Shown here in pieces: positions 28,994 to 38,542 of a stretch of DNA of 64,000 nucleotides (its first letter is position 1; each line of letters opens with the position of its first letter). A program made the translations under genes and the position numbers. The stretch lies in the NCBI GenBank assembly GCA_041946805.1, contig JBHGBC010000002.1, forward strand, positions 64,001 through 128,000, read 5' to 3'. The notes under the pieces are model-generated. The model was not told the origin of the DNA, did not search any database, and saw only the letters and a program-made list of their open reading frames with translations. This DNA is from a bacterium (GTDB lineage: Bacteria > Hinthialibacterota > Hinthialibacteria > Hinthialibacterales > Hinthialibacteraceae).

Positions 28994-29639
28994 GAGTCTC
29001 TCTCTTTCGTCAAACGACGGTTTCCCGGGCTGAGGTACCACGAAGGGTCTGAGTCAGATTTCACATAATAACTCCTAATTATAGTAGCGCAAATCGCATA
29101 CCATAAGGAGAGGATTGGCGTTCAGGGGAAATTCCCTGAAAAAAAGCGATTGACCTGCGGATACGAGGCATCGGGTGTTCAAGGACCAACAATTGGTTAG
29201 AAAAAATCAGCAGAAGCATCCAGCGCGCAGTATGGATGAAGCCCGGCCGGCTGCTCTTCCATCGAGCTGACCGGGAAGATTAACTCCCAATCCCCGTACT
29301 TCCCAGGAAAGGAATACAATGCGGGAATTTTACAGGGGTGAACTCATGCGTACAGCCGCTTGCCGAAGAGGATATAGAAAGCCTTTTTCAACATCCGATG
29401 CCAACTACCCGGTGGAAACGTTTTTCCAAAGGGACCGTGGATTATCCTTGTCTATGCCAGGCCCTTCTGGTATATTCCGTCGGACGTAACCAGAAACCGA
29501 AATGCCGCGCCCCGGTTCCGCCGCCATTTCCGGGACGCGCCAGGCGGTTCCGGCCCCGATGCGGTTTGCCCGTGGAATCCATTCGTCCCACCGGTTGAGG
29601 TCAAATGTCCCCACTCCGGGGATCCAGCATGAAAACGCG

Positions 29640-30764
29640 ATGAATTGGCACCACTATCTCGCCCTCTTCTTCCAAGGCTTTCTTTTCTCGGTGATTATGA
29701 CTCCCGTTATGCGGCGCCTGGCGCCCTCCTTGGGTTTCCTCGATCAGCCCGGCGAACGCAAGGTCCACAGCCATCCCAAACCCCTGCTCGGCGGCGCGGC
29801 GATCTTTCTCTCGTATGTGCTCCTGATCGGCATCGACCTGGCCGTATTGCGCTGGATTTTCGTGCAGGACATCCGCGGGACGGGCTGGCTCGCCAACCAG
29901 CTCAATCTGCTGGCCTGGAACGCGGCGGGTGTCACCCGGGTGATCCACCAGTTGGCGGGCCTGCTGGCCGGGGGAACGGTCCTGTTCCTCGTGGGGCTGG
30001 TGGACGACCGGATCGGGCTGAAACCCTTCGTGAAACTGGCCGCCCAGACCCTCGCCGCCGTGATCCTTTACCTGGCCAACGTGCAGATCGCCTTGTTCAT
30101 CTATCACCCGATGATCAATTTTCTCATCACCCTTGCCTGGATCGTCCTCATCACCAACTCCTTCAACCTGCTGGACAACATGGACGGCCTCTCGGGGGGA
30201 GTGGCCATGATCTGCCTGATCCTCATCGGCATCTCCACGCAGTTGGTCAACAAGCAGATCTTCATGACCTCCGCGTCGTTCGCCCTGGCGGGCTGCATTG
30301 CTGGATTTTTGCGGTATAACCTGCATCCCTCCACGATCTTCATGGGCGATGCGGGTTCATTGTTCATCGGCTTCACGGTGGCGGCCCTGACCATTCAAGC
30401 CACGTACTATCAATACGGCACCGAAACCGCCACCGCCTGGGCGGTGGTGATGCCCTTCGTTATCCTGGCGGTGCCCATTTTCGATACGCTGTCGGTGATC
30501 TGCATCCGGCTGCGCAATCACAAGCCGGTCTTCGTAGGCGACAAAAACCATTTTTCCCACCGCCTCGTGGCCCTGGGCATGAGCCAGCGGCGGGCGGTGT
30601 TCTTTATTCATCTGATCACCTTGTGCGAGGGCAGCGCGGCGCTCATCCTGGCCATCATCACCGAGTCGTTCGGGGCCTATATCGTGTTGACCCAGACGGT
30701 GCTCTTCTTCATCATCATCGCCATGCTGGAACGGGTGCGCAATCACTCCCAACCGTCTTCTTGA
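29640..30764 (+). CDS. wecA: MraY/WecA family undecaprenyl-phosphate GlcNAc-1-P transferase
   Basis: RKVH..PKPLLGG, GLVDD, NSFNLLDNMDGL, IFMGDAGSLFIG and GDKNHFSHRL. Confidence 0.9.
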   Translation: MNWHHYLALFFQGFLFSVIMTPVMRRLAPSLGFLDQPGERKVHSHPKPLLGGAAIFLSYVLLIGIDLAVLRWIFVQDIRGTGWLANQLNLLAWNAAGVTRVIHQLAGLLAGGTVLFLVGLVDDRIGLKPFVKLAAQTLAAVILYLANVQIALFIYHPMINFLITLAWIVLITNSFNLLDNMDGLSGGVAMICLILIGISTQLVNKQIFMTSASFALAGCIAGFLRYNLHPSTIFMGDAGSLFIGFTVAALTIQATYYQYGTETATAWAVVMPFVILAVPIFDTLSVICIRLRNHKPVFVGDKNHFSHRLVALGMSQRRAVFFIHLITLCEGSAALILAIITESFGAYIVLTQTVLFFIIIAMLERVRNHSQPSS

Positions 30765-31261
30765 GTTTCATCCGGCCGCGGCGGCGGGTCTTTCTGGCGC
30801 AGCCATTCCCAAAAGATGATCCGGAACAACAGAAGGACTACCAGAAAAATGAAGAGGTTTTTGATCAAGTAGTACGGGACCGGATTTTGCAGCCGGACTT
30901 CACCGAATAGCACATACTCCATCCCGTTCATCAGGTAGAGCAGTCCCATCAGCAAACCCAGGTAGAAGACATGCGACTCGTAGGCGGTCCAACGGGACAA
31001 CCGCCACGCCCGGTAGAGGATGGCGGCCGAAAAGAGGGTGAACAACAAGGCGATCAGGGCGTACACCACCAAGCCCAGGTTGTTGCGCAGATGGACAAAG
31101 CCGAGAGGCGTCAGGTTGAACGCGATCGTGGTTTCCAGGTACAGGCCGAACAGAAACGCGATGACGAGCGTCAGGATCACGGAAATCTTGATGAGGGGCG
31201 ACTTCCATAAATCCATATCACCCGCCGATTCATCCGGATGAGTGATCGATTGCTGTTCCAT
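30743..31261 (-). CDS. Hypothetical four-TM membrane protein
   Basis: 172-aa ORF with four hydrophobic segments. 22-nt convergent overlap with wecA. Confidence 0.7.
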   Translation of the reverse strand: MEQQSITHPDESAGDMDLWKSPLIKISVILTLVIAFLFGLYLETTIAFNLTPLGFVHLRNNLGLVVYALIALLFTLFSAAILYRAWRLSRWTAYESHVFYLGLLMGLLYLMNGMEYVLFGEVRLQNPVPYYLIKNLFIFLVVLLLFRIIFWEWLRQKDPPPRPDETQEDGWE

Positions 31262-31466
31262 GAGTGAGTATCATACAAAGAAATCACCGCGGATCAAAGC
31301 AATGGACGTTTGGATCGGCACGAAAATTCCTGGCCGTGGTTTCATGGCCGTCCGGCCATTTACTTCCTTCCCGCGGTTCGCCTAGAATGACTGGCTGGAG
31401 ATCGTACTACGGGGGAATCGGAAAAAGAACGCGCCCCCGGTTTATTTCTGTCTGGGAAGGTCTACC

Positions 31467-32672
31467 ATGCGGATCCTGGTCACCAATGTCGGCAGCACCT
31501 CACTCAAGTACCATCTCTACGATTTCCCCCAGGAACAGTCGCGGGCTTCCGGACGGGTGGAACGGATCGGCTCGGGAAAGGGGATGGCGGCCTGGAACCA
31601 CGGCGGGCAAACAGGCAGCGCGGAACAGGCCTTCGCCAGCCACCGCGAGGCCATCGAGTTCATCCTGGAAAAACTGCGGGAGAACGGCCTCGCCTCCATC
31701 AGCGATTTGGACTGTGTGGCCTTCAAGACCGTCATCGCCAAGGGATACGTAGGCTGCGAATGGCTGGATGAAACGGTCTTGCAGGCCATGCAGGATTATG
31801 TATTTCTGGCCCCCGCCCACAATCCCCCGTACATCAAGGCCATCCGCCTGTTCCGGGAGATTCTGCCGGACACGCCGCTGATCGGCCTGTTCGAACCAGC
31901 CTTTCACCTCACCATGCCCGAGTACGCCCGGGTGTACCCCATCCCCAAGGCCTGGCGGGAGAAACACCGGATCCAACGCTATGGATTTCACGGCGCGTCG
32001 CACCGCTATATCTCCGAACGCCTGCCCCAATTGATGAACCGCCCGAAGGAAGATCTTAACCTCATTTCCTGCCACTTGGGCGGCAGTTCGTCCTTGTGCG
32101 CGATCGCCGGGGGGAAATCCATCGACACCTCCCTGGGATTCACGCCCCAGACCGGCATCTTCCACGGTTCGCGGATCGGGGATTTCGATCCCTTCGCCGT
32201 GCTGTTCCTGATGCGGGAAGAAGGCTTTACGATTGACACCATGGTGGACGAATTGACCCGGAAGAGCGGGCTCTTGGGCCTCTCGGGCGTATCGGAGGAC
32301 ATGCGCGACATCGAGGCGGCCATGGACGCGGGGAATCCGGACGCGGCCCTTGCGTTTCAATCGTTTTGCTACCATATAAAGAAATATATCGGCGCCTATA
32401 CGGCGGTGCTTGGCCGCGTCGACGCCCTGGCCTTCGCCGGAGGTATCGGCGAACGCGGGGCGCGCGTGCGGGAAGAGGTTTGCCGGGGATTGGACCATCT
32501 GGGCATCTGCCTCGATCCCTCTCAAAACGCCGCCTGTTCCGCCAGGGAGATGGATCTCAGCGCTCCGGGAGCCCCGGTGGCCGTCTGGGTGGTCCCCACC
32601 AACGAGGAACTGATCGTCGCGCGCGCGGCCTATGAGAAACTGGGAACCGTGGACCAAGCCACCCAGCCGTAA
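31467..32672 (+). CDS. ackA: Acetate/propionate kinase family protein, divergent active site
   Basis: NVGSTSLKY, RYGFHGASH, CHLGGSSS, FAGGIGE and PTNEE. Confidence 0.88.
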   Translation: MRILVTNVGSTSLKYHLYDFPQEQSRASGRVERIGSGKGMAAWNHGGQTGSAEQAFASHREAIEFILEKLRENGLASISDLDCVAFKTVIAKGYVGCEWLDETVLQAMQDYVFLAPAHNPPYIKAIRLFREILPDTPLIGLFEPAFHLTMPEYARVYPIPKAWREKHRIQRYGFHGASHRYISERLPQLMNRPKEDLNLISCHLGGSSSLCAIAGGKSIDTSLGFTPQTGIFHGSRIGDFDPFAVLFLMREEGFTIDTMVDELTRKSGLLGLSGVSEDMRDIEAAMDAGNPDAALAFQSFCYHIKKYIGAYTAVLGRVDALAFAGGIGERGARVREEVCRGLDHLGICLDPSQNAACSAREMDLSAPGAPVAVWVVPTNEELIVARAAYEKLGTVDQATQP

Positions 32673-32765
32673 CGTGACGAAATCTGTGGTTATCAACCCG
32701 TTCCAGCGGTTAAACACCCGCGTAGGTGCGATTTTGTGTTTGAACAATCGGGAAGGAATGCAATC

Positions 32766-33737
32766 GTGCGAGGCAATGGAGGCAGGACCTTGAAAGTCTT
32801 CTCCGGGTTGTCCAACCGCCCCCTGGCGGAAGAAATCTGTTCCTACATGGACATTCCTCTCGGCAAAATAGAAATCATCGAATTCAAGAACGAAAACCTC
32901 TTCGTCCGGATCGGTGAAAACGTGCGGGAATGCGATGTGTTCGTCATTCAGACCTCCACTACGCCCGTCAACACCCGCATCATGGAATTGCTTTTGATGA
33001 TCGACGCCATGAAGCACGCCTCGGCGGCGCGCGTCACCGCCGTGTTGCCCTATTTCCCCTACGTCCGCTCCGACAAGAAGGACCAGCCCCGCATTTCTAT
33101 CGCCGCCCGGCTGATGGTCGATCTCATCGAGGCCGCGGGAGCCGACCGGGTGCTGACCATGAACCTGCACTCGTTCCAGATCCAGGGTTTCTTCCGGATC
33201 CCCACCGACCACCTGCTGGCCACGCCCGTGCTGGTCGATTATTTCAAGAACACGGATGTCTCCAACTCGGTGGTGGTCGCGCCCGACGCGGGCAGCGCCA
33301 AGCGGGCGGAAAAATACGCCCGGCTGCTGAACCTGCCCCTGGCCATCATCGACAAGCGGCGGATCGGCAACAAGGACACGGCAGTGGTCAAACACATCAT
33401 CGGCGACGTGAAGGGGAAGCGGGCGATCATCTTCGATGACGAGATCAGCACCGGCGGCTCGCTCATCAACACGGCGGAGACCTTGGAAGAGCAAGGCGTG
33501 ACCGACATCCGCGCCAGCGTGGTGCACCCGGTGTTGTGCGGCGACGCCGTGGAACGGATTCAAAACTCCAACATCAGCGAAGTGATCGTCACCAACACCA
33601 TCCCGGTCGAAGGCCCCAAAAAGATCGACAAGATCAAGGTGCTGTCGGTGGGCAAGATTTTTGCCAAGGCCATCCGCCGCATCCACAACGGCGAATCGGT
33701 GAGCGTGTTGTTTACGCCGTTCGAGGATTTTAAATAG
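32766..33737 (+). CDS. prs: Ribose-phosphate pyrophosphokinase
   Basis: PYFPYVRSDKK, VAPDAG, IIDKRR and DDEISTGGSL. Confidence 0.95.
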   Translation: MRGNGGRTLKVFSGLSNRPLAEEICSYMDIPLGKIEIIEFKNENLFVRIGENVRECDVFVIQTSTTPVNTRIMELLLMIDAMKHASAARVTAVLPYFPYVRSDKKDQPRISIAARLMVDLIEAAGADRVLTMNLHSFQIQGFFRIPTDHLLATPVLVDYFKNTDVSNSVVVAPDAGSAKRAEKYARLLNLPLAIIDKRRIGNKDTAVVKHIIGDVKGKRAIIFDDEISTGGSLINTAETLEEQGVTDIRASVVHPVLCGDAVERIQNSNISEVIVTNTIPVEGPKKIDKIKVLSVGKIFAKAIRRIHNGESVSVLFTPFEDFK

Positions 33738-33825
33738 GCAAAAATGAACCCAATCAGATAACCGGGATGGTTGGAATGAACTGTCAACCATCAAGCACTC
33801 AGGAACCGGATGAACTTAATTTACC

Positions 33826-34093
33826 TCAAGGAAAATATCGACAGATTTCACTTCGATGCAAAAAGCGGACAAAGATCAGTGGCTTTTGCTCGGAGAAAAG
33901 TCCAATCCGGTATTCCCCGATTCGAATGGCCCAGTGTGAGCCCTCCGTTTTCAGTTTTTTCAATTGAGAAATAGACGGGTGGTCATCCGCCTGTTCCACG
34001 AGGAGAATCAATTTTTTTGATCCTCCGCAATAAGGATTGATCATGTATTATTTCGGGATCTTTACAAAATGATTCCCGGAAAGCGGTTTTCCT
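33826..34093 (-). pseudogene. relE: RelE/ParE-family toxin pseudogene (lost start codon and +1 frameshift)
   Basis: Reconstruction: (M)KTAFRESFCKDPEIIHDQSLLRRIKK / LILLVEQA..LKKLK..IRIGEYRIGL..FVRFLHRSEICRYFP. AGG replaces ATG at 34093-34091 and an A7 run at 34012-34018 shifts the frame. Confidence 0.8.
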
Positions 34094-34296
34094 GGTTTAT
34101 CATCGAGCCGTGAGATGATTTCATCCCGGCTGACCGGCGGCGTGCCCATCCCTTCATCGACCGCCCGGCTCAGCGCGTTATCCTCCCCGATGCCATGGAT
34201 ATATTCCTGAATTTCCTTCTTTTGCTCGATTAGGAATTCATTGAATGCTTCCTTGATCAGTTTCTTAAGAACCTTTTCATTCGTGGAAAGGTTCAT
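34048..34296 (-). CDS. Putative antitoxin of the RelE pair, read through by 14 aa
   Basis: LKKLIKEA...EDNALSRAVDEG...VSRDEII pattern, directly upstream of the RelE remnant. Confidence 0.7.
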   Translation of the reverse strand: MNLSTNEKVLKKLIKEAFNEFLIEQKKEIQEYIHGIGEDNALSRAVDEGMGTPPVSRDEIISRLDDKPGKPLSGNHFVKIPK

Positions 34297-34397
34297 AGCT
34301 CTTCCCTGTTTTTTTATCGTTATTCCAGATCCATTATACTCTAGGGGGGTGGTGGGATTTCATTAAACCGGCTTTTTTCGCAAGGCGTCTTTCTCCC

Positions 34398-37352
34398 TCA
34401 CCGCGACGTCAATTCCTTCATCTTCGTGTACACGGCGGGATCATCGGCCGCGCCGTGGAATTCGAAGGGAACATATTGGTTCAATTCCTTGTGCATGAAG
34501 CCCCACGACGCGCCGTTCCGGACGGACAACTCCGCCGCTTGAGCCGCCTCTGCCCCGGTTTTGTCATCCTCGTTGCAGACGATCGGTTTGCCGTACTTTT
34601 TCAAAGCTTGTATGCATAGGGGAATATCTTTGAGAGCCACCCCGTTGAAATGGATCAGGATGAAATCCGCCGCTTCCGCCACGGCTTCGGGATACCGCCC
34701 ATCGCCGATGCCGCTGGTGGATACCAGCAACTCCGGCCAGGTGCGCCTCGCCAGGCGGATCAGTTCCGCCTCTCCTTCCGGCGATTTGAGGATCGCGTGG
34801 TCATAGCCCTCGTGGGGGAACTCGTTGGCGATTTCCAGCAGGACATGCGTGAAGCCCTCGGAGCGGATCCAGTTCACGGTTTCCACCACCGCCCGGCGCA
34901 CGGCGGCCTCGTCGCGCAGAATCTGGTCCTGCCGTTGATAGAAACACCCCAGGATGACCGCGCAACCCTGACTGTCGCAGGCATCGATCACCCGCTTGAC
35001 TCTCGGGAGATACGTCTCGTCCAGGGATCCGTCCGGGTGAAACGCGGAATTGACCGCGCCTTCGTATCCCGGCATGCCGCCCTGCAGGTTGAGGGTGAAC
35101 GCGCGGACGCCATGCGATACGTAATCGGGGATCCGCCGGATGAAACGGTCCGTGTTTTCATCGGGATCGAATTCAGGCTTGTTCTTGTCCTCAAAGGTCG
35201 AATTGACCATGCGGACGTTCATCAGCAGACCCTCGGCCGGGGTGCCGGGATAGGTTACTGATCCGTTCACGTGCCATTTTCCATCCTGAAGCGATATCTT
35301 GACCGCCTGGCCGGCATGTTGGGAATGATCATCCGCGAGGGTGAAGAAGGCCTGCCGGACGGAGAAACAATCCTGGCCGGAGAAAACCAGCCAGGCGGAG
35401 CGGCCGTCCAGGCTCATCCATTTCGGAGGAAACGAGCTGGTTTCGCCGGGGCCGGTATCCCATAACTCCGTGAAATAGGCTGTAGTCCAAGGTCCCCAAG
35501 GCTCGGGAGCGTCGTAGATGCCGAATCCGCCTTCGAAGCGGGGGGCCTCGCCGGGGAGAATCTGGCACCACAAGTAACGTTGCAAGGCGGGATTGAAGCT
35601 GATCCCGGAACGGTAACAGCGCCGGTAATGATCAAAGACGCCGCCGCGCTCGCGGATATCCCGGGTCCAGACCGGCCGGCCGTATTCATCGAGCCGCCGG
35701 AAGAATTCATAGGCGGATTGATCCCGCAGGCGTTCCTTGGGGACGCGGGCCATCACCATGCGGTCCGCGGCCTCGTAGGCGCTGCCGCTGTCCGGCGAGT
35801 AGATATAGACATGCCCATCGCACGCAGTTTCATAATTCTTCCCGAAATTCAAAAAAGTAGGGCAGCCGAAACTCTCGGTGAATTTCCAGTCACACCAATG
35901 CCAGGTTTGCGCGTGATCGTCTGACCAAGCCAGTTGAGAATTACCGGCATTGCGCGCCCAGAGGTACAAAACGCCGTCCACCATCAGCAGGCCGCTGGCT
36001 TTTTTCCCCTGCGGCCCCTCGCCGATTTGCTCCCCGCTTTGGGGCCGGATATTGGTTCCCTGAATCGCCGGCGGCATGCCGGACACGCGGGCGAAACCCA
36101 GGCTTAACTTTTCGGAGATGAAAGGCTCGAATCCGGCCCCGTCCCCGTACGCGGTATAGAGTTCATCGTCATCCGCCCAGGTTAGAGGCCAGTTGTCTCC
36201 ACCGGTGGCCATCCGAACGATGGTAGAGACAGGCGCCCAGGCCACCTCCCGAATCACCGGGCTGGGGGGATAAGGTTTCCTTACGGAATCCACGATGAGC
36301 CGCACGGCGCGGTTGGTCTGGGTGTCCGGATTACCGGGGCTGTCGTCGTGATCCTCGACGGTCGTATCGTTCCAGGAAACCACCAAGTCCAGGCTGGGGA
36401 AAATCCAGACCGCCCGCTTGCCGCCATGACCGCTGGCCACGAACGTATCGGGCGGCGCGGCGGTAAACAAGCGGCGGCCTTGCTGATCGGTTTTGTTCAA
36501 CCACCAGTTGAAACTGTAAAAGCCAGGACCGATGGGGGTGATGTTTTTACCTCCGCCGATGGAACGCTGGCCGGGAAGCATATCGGCTTCGCGGCCGCTG
36601 ACGGGCGGCGTATCCGCGGGAACCAGGCTGTAGAGCATGAGATCGAAGTACTTTTTCTCCAGAAGTTGTTGATCCAGCCAGCGTCCCTGGTTGAGCATCC
36701 AGAGGCCGTAACGGGCGAAATCGCGGACCGACAGCGCCAGGCGGCCGGGACGGTTTTGGGGACCGAACGCGTCGAAGGTATAGGAATCCTGGAATCCCAG
36801 CGGCTTGGCGATGTATTGGGCCAGCACGTCCGTGCCGGATTTATGAAACACCTTATCCATTAACGTGTCGTAATACAGGGCGAGGGCGAAATCGTTGTAC
36901 GCCCACGCCGTGCCTGGCGGTTCCGCCCAGCCGTAGGCGGCGGTCTGCGAGGCGAGATGCCGCCAGGTCATGGATGCGTCCTTGCCTTGGTTGATCTCCT
37001 TCAAACGCGGCTCCCAGTTGGTGACCAGATCGTCGGGGCTGGAGAGTTTCCCTTCCTGCAACGCGAAACACAGCAACGTGCTCAATACCGGTTTGAAGGC
37101 GGAGGCCACATCTCCGCTGCGGGTTGGATCCCCCCAGGCATAGACCATATACCCATACCGGACTACACAGCCGCGCCCGCCCACCAGATCCCGCAAGGCA
37201 TCCAGTTCACCGGCATCGAGTCCGGCTTCGTCCGGCGTCTTGGTCTGCCACTCTTCCCGCGGAAAAACGAGAGAGACTCCCGCCGCCCGGCCGGCGCCAG
37301 GAAATCCGGAAAGCATGAAGCATAGGGGTATTATGAAATGGATAGGTTTCAT
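34398..37352 (-). CDS. Three-module secreted hydrolase: beta-lactamase-family serine hydrolase, DUF4185-like domain and GH-like TIM barrel
   Basis: ASAFK (SxxK) and WAYND; then GGDNWPLTWADD..YTAYGDG; then LEIANE and PIVCNED. Confidence 0.75.
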   Translation of the reverse strand: MKPIHFIIPLCFMLSGFPGAGRAAGVSLVFPREEWQTKTPDEAGLDAGELDALRDLVGGRGCVVRYGYMVYAWGDPTRSGDVASAFKPVLSTLLCFALQEGKLSSPDDLVTNWEPRLKEINQGKDASMTWRHLASQTAAYGWAEPPGTAWAYNDFALALYYDTLMDKVFHKSGTDVLAQYIAKPLGFQDSYTFDAFGPQNRPGRLALSVRDFARYGLWMLNQGRWLDQQLLEKKYFDLMLYSLVPADTPPVSGREADMLPGQRSIGGGKNITPIGPGFYSFNWWLNKTDQQGRRLFTAAPPDTFVASGHGGKRAVWIFPSLDLVVSWNDTTVEDHDDSPGNPDTQTNRAVRLIVDSVRKPYPPSPVIREVAWAPVSTIVRMATGGDNWPLTWADDDELYTAYGDGAGFEPFISEKLSLGFARVSGMPPAIQGTNIRPQSGEQIGEGPQGKKASGLLMVDGVLYLWARNAGNSQLAWSDDHAQTWHWCDWKFTESFGCPTFLNFGKNYETACDGHVYIYSPDSGSAYEAADRMVMARVPKERLRDQSAYEFFRRLDEYGRPVWTRDIRERGGVFDHYRRCYRSGISFNPALQRYLWCQILPGEAPRFEGGFGIYDAPEPWGPWTTAYFTELWDTGPGETSSFPPKWMSLDGRSAWLVFSGQDCFSVRQAFFTLADDHSQHAGQAVKISLQDGKWHVNGSVTYPGTPAEGLLMNVRMVNSTFEDKNKPEFDPDENTDRFIRRIPDYVSHGVRAFTLNLQGGMPGYEGAVNSAFHPDGSLDETYLPRVKRVIDACDSQGCAVILGCFYQRQDQILRDEAAVRRAVVETVNWIRSEGFTHVLLEIANEFPHEGYDHAILKSPEGEAELIRLARRTWPELLVSTSGIGDGRYPEAVAEAADFILIHFNGVALKDIPLCIQALKKYGKPIVCNEDDKTGAEAAQAAELSVRNGASWGFMHKELNQYVPFEFHGAADDPAVYTKMKELTSR

Positions 37353-37812
37353 ACTCTGAGATCCTTTTGGAATCCATCATGTGAACAGAAATTGGGGCTA
37401 TTTTACCGGAAGGAACGGATCGATGGGAACGCCGGCGGCGCGAGATAAAATATCCCCACGATTTGCTACCGGACTGCAAGTTATGAAGCGTAGGGGCACA
37501 TTGCAACGTGCCCCCGCTTTGCATGTGAAAGGCCATTAAGCCGATTGGCGCGGGAGAGTGGGCTCAAGCATGTTTTCATCCTCGGATACCCGCTTTAACC
37601 TCGGGTCCTTTATGAACCGCACCAAAACAATGCTGGTTTTAACTTGGGGATACAAAACACCTTTCTTTTCGGTTTCCCCTCTCCCTTTGGGCCGATCTCA
37701 AGTTCATGAAAATCGATGCATATATATGGCGCATCCAGCAAGTGCGTACTTATTTTCCGATCGCCGGTTCGCATCTCTTCGAAGTGATCGATGAAAACCA
37801 CCCCCCAAATTC

Positions 37813-37879
37813 CCTCTCCCTCTGGGAGAGGGCTAGGGTGAGGGAATTTTTGTAGGGGCGGACCTTGGTGTCCGTCCCC
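37813..37879. repeat. Composite REP unit (family B + C), inverted copy of 5684-5752
   Basis: ccctctccctctgggagagggctagggtgaggg-aattttt-gtaggggcggaccttggtgtccgtcccc. Confidence 0.75.
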
Positions 37880-38010
37880 ATCCAGAAGTGAATGGAATCG
37901 CTTTTACCTCATGATGTACGCACTTCTCGGATGAACCATATATATTGGATGAACCAGAAAAAAGAGGATCATTAGACGGGTGGTCATTTTGATTTTCTTC
38001 TGGAATTGAG

Positions 38011-38038
38011 TTGACAGTCCCGGAATGTAGACTATAAT
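38011..38038 (+). promoter_or_regulatory. Consensus sigma70 promoter of the T-box/leuA transcript
   Basis: TTGACA-16 nt-TATAAT. Confidence 0.85.
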
Positions 38039-38056
38039 CACACGAGATATAGGCCA

Positions 38057-38318
38057 TCAAAGACGGTGAAGAGGAGTAGTAGGCGTTCCCACGGGATGGA
38101 GAGAGCCGGTGGTTGGTGCGAACCGGTTCCCGCGAATGCCGAACTCGCCTCGGAGTCGCCTCCGCGAAGCCCGGAGATCCGGGTGGTAGTCGAGGCCGGG
38201 ACGCGACCGTGACATCGCGGAAACGAGGGCGGCGCCAACGGCCGCCGAACCAGGGTGGTACCACGGGGAAACCGAAAACGAACCTCGTCCCTGACACGGG
38301 ACGGGGTTTTTTGTTTTT
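38057..38318 (+). ncRNA. Leucine T-box riboswitch (transcriptional)
   Basis: Stem I with AGTA, AGAGAG box, GGTGCGAA loop and GAA-CTC specifier (38144-38146, Leu). T-box AACCAGGGTGGTACCACG at 38248-38265. Terminator aacctcgtccc/gggacggggtt plus T run at 38281-38318. Upstream of leuA. Confidence 0.92.
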
Positions 38319-38386
38319 ATTACCGTTTTTATCACCGGCGCGGCCGGAAGCCAAATCGTTCTTCGATCCGGAAGGAGGTGGTGACC

Positions 38387-38542
38387 GTGTTGGGTTTAGG
38401 CAGCGAAGAGAGCGACCTGAGCGACCTTAGCGACTTGGGTTGGAAGCCGAAAAGCCGAATGGGAACGCTAAGCACAATCAATCCGCCGGCGCGGGGCACG
38501 GATCACCGCCCGGCCAGAACGGAGAAACGCAATCATGACTGA
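38387..38542 (+). CDS. Putative 51-aa leader ORF overlapping the leuA start
   Basis: AAGGAGGTG RBS ahead of GTG 38387. Its stop overlaps the leuA start (ATGACTGA). Six Leu codons. Confidence 0.4.
   Translation: MLGLGSEESDLSDLSDLGWKPKSRMGTLSTINPPARGTDHRPARTEKRNHD

Noticed and set aside
34398..37352. Antibiotic-resistance beta-lactamase
   Set aside because: The SxxK fold is shared with many esterases and peptidases, and fusion to glycosidase-like modules argues against resistance.
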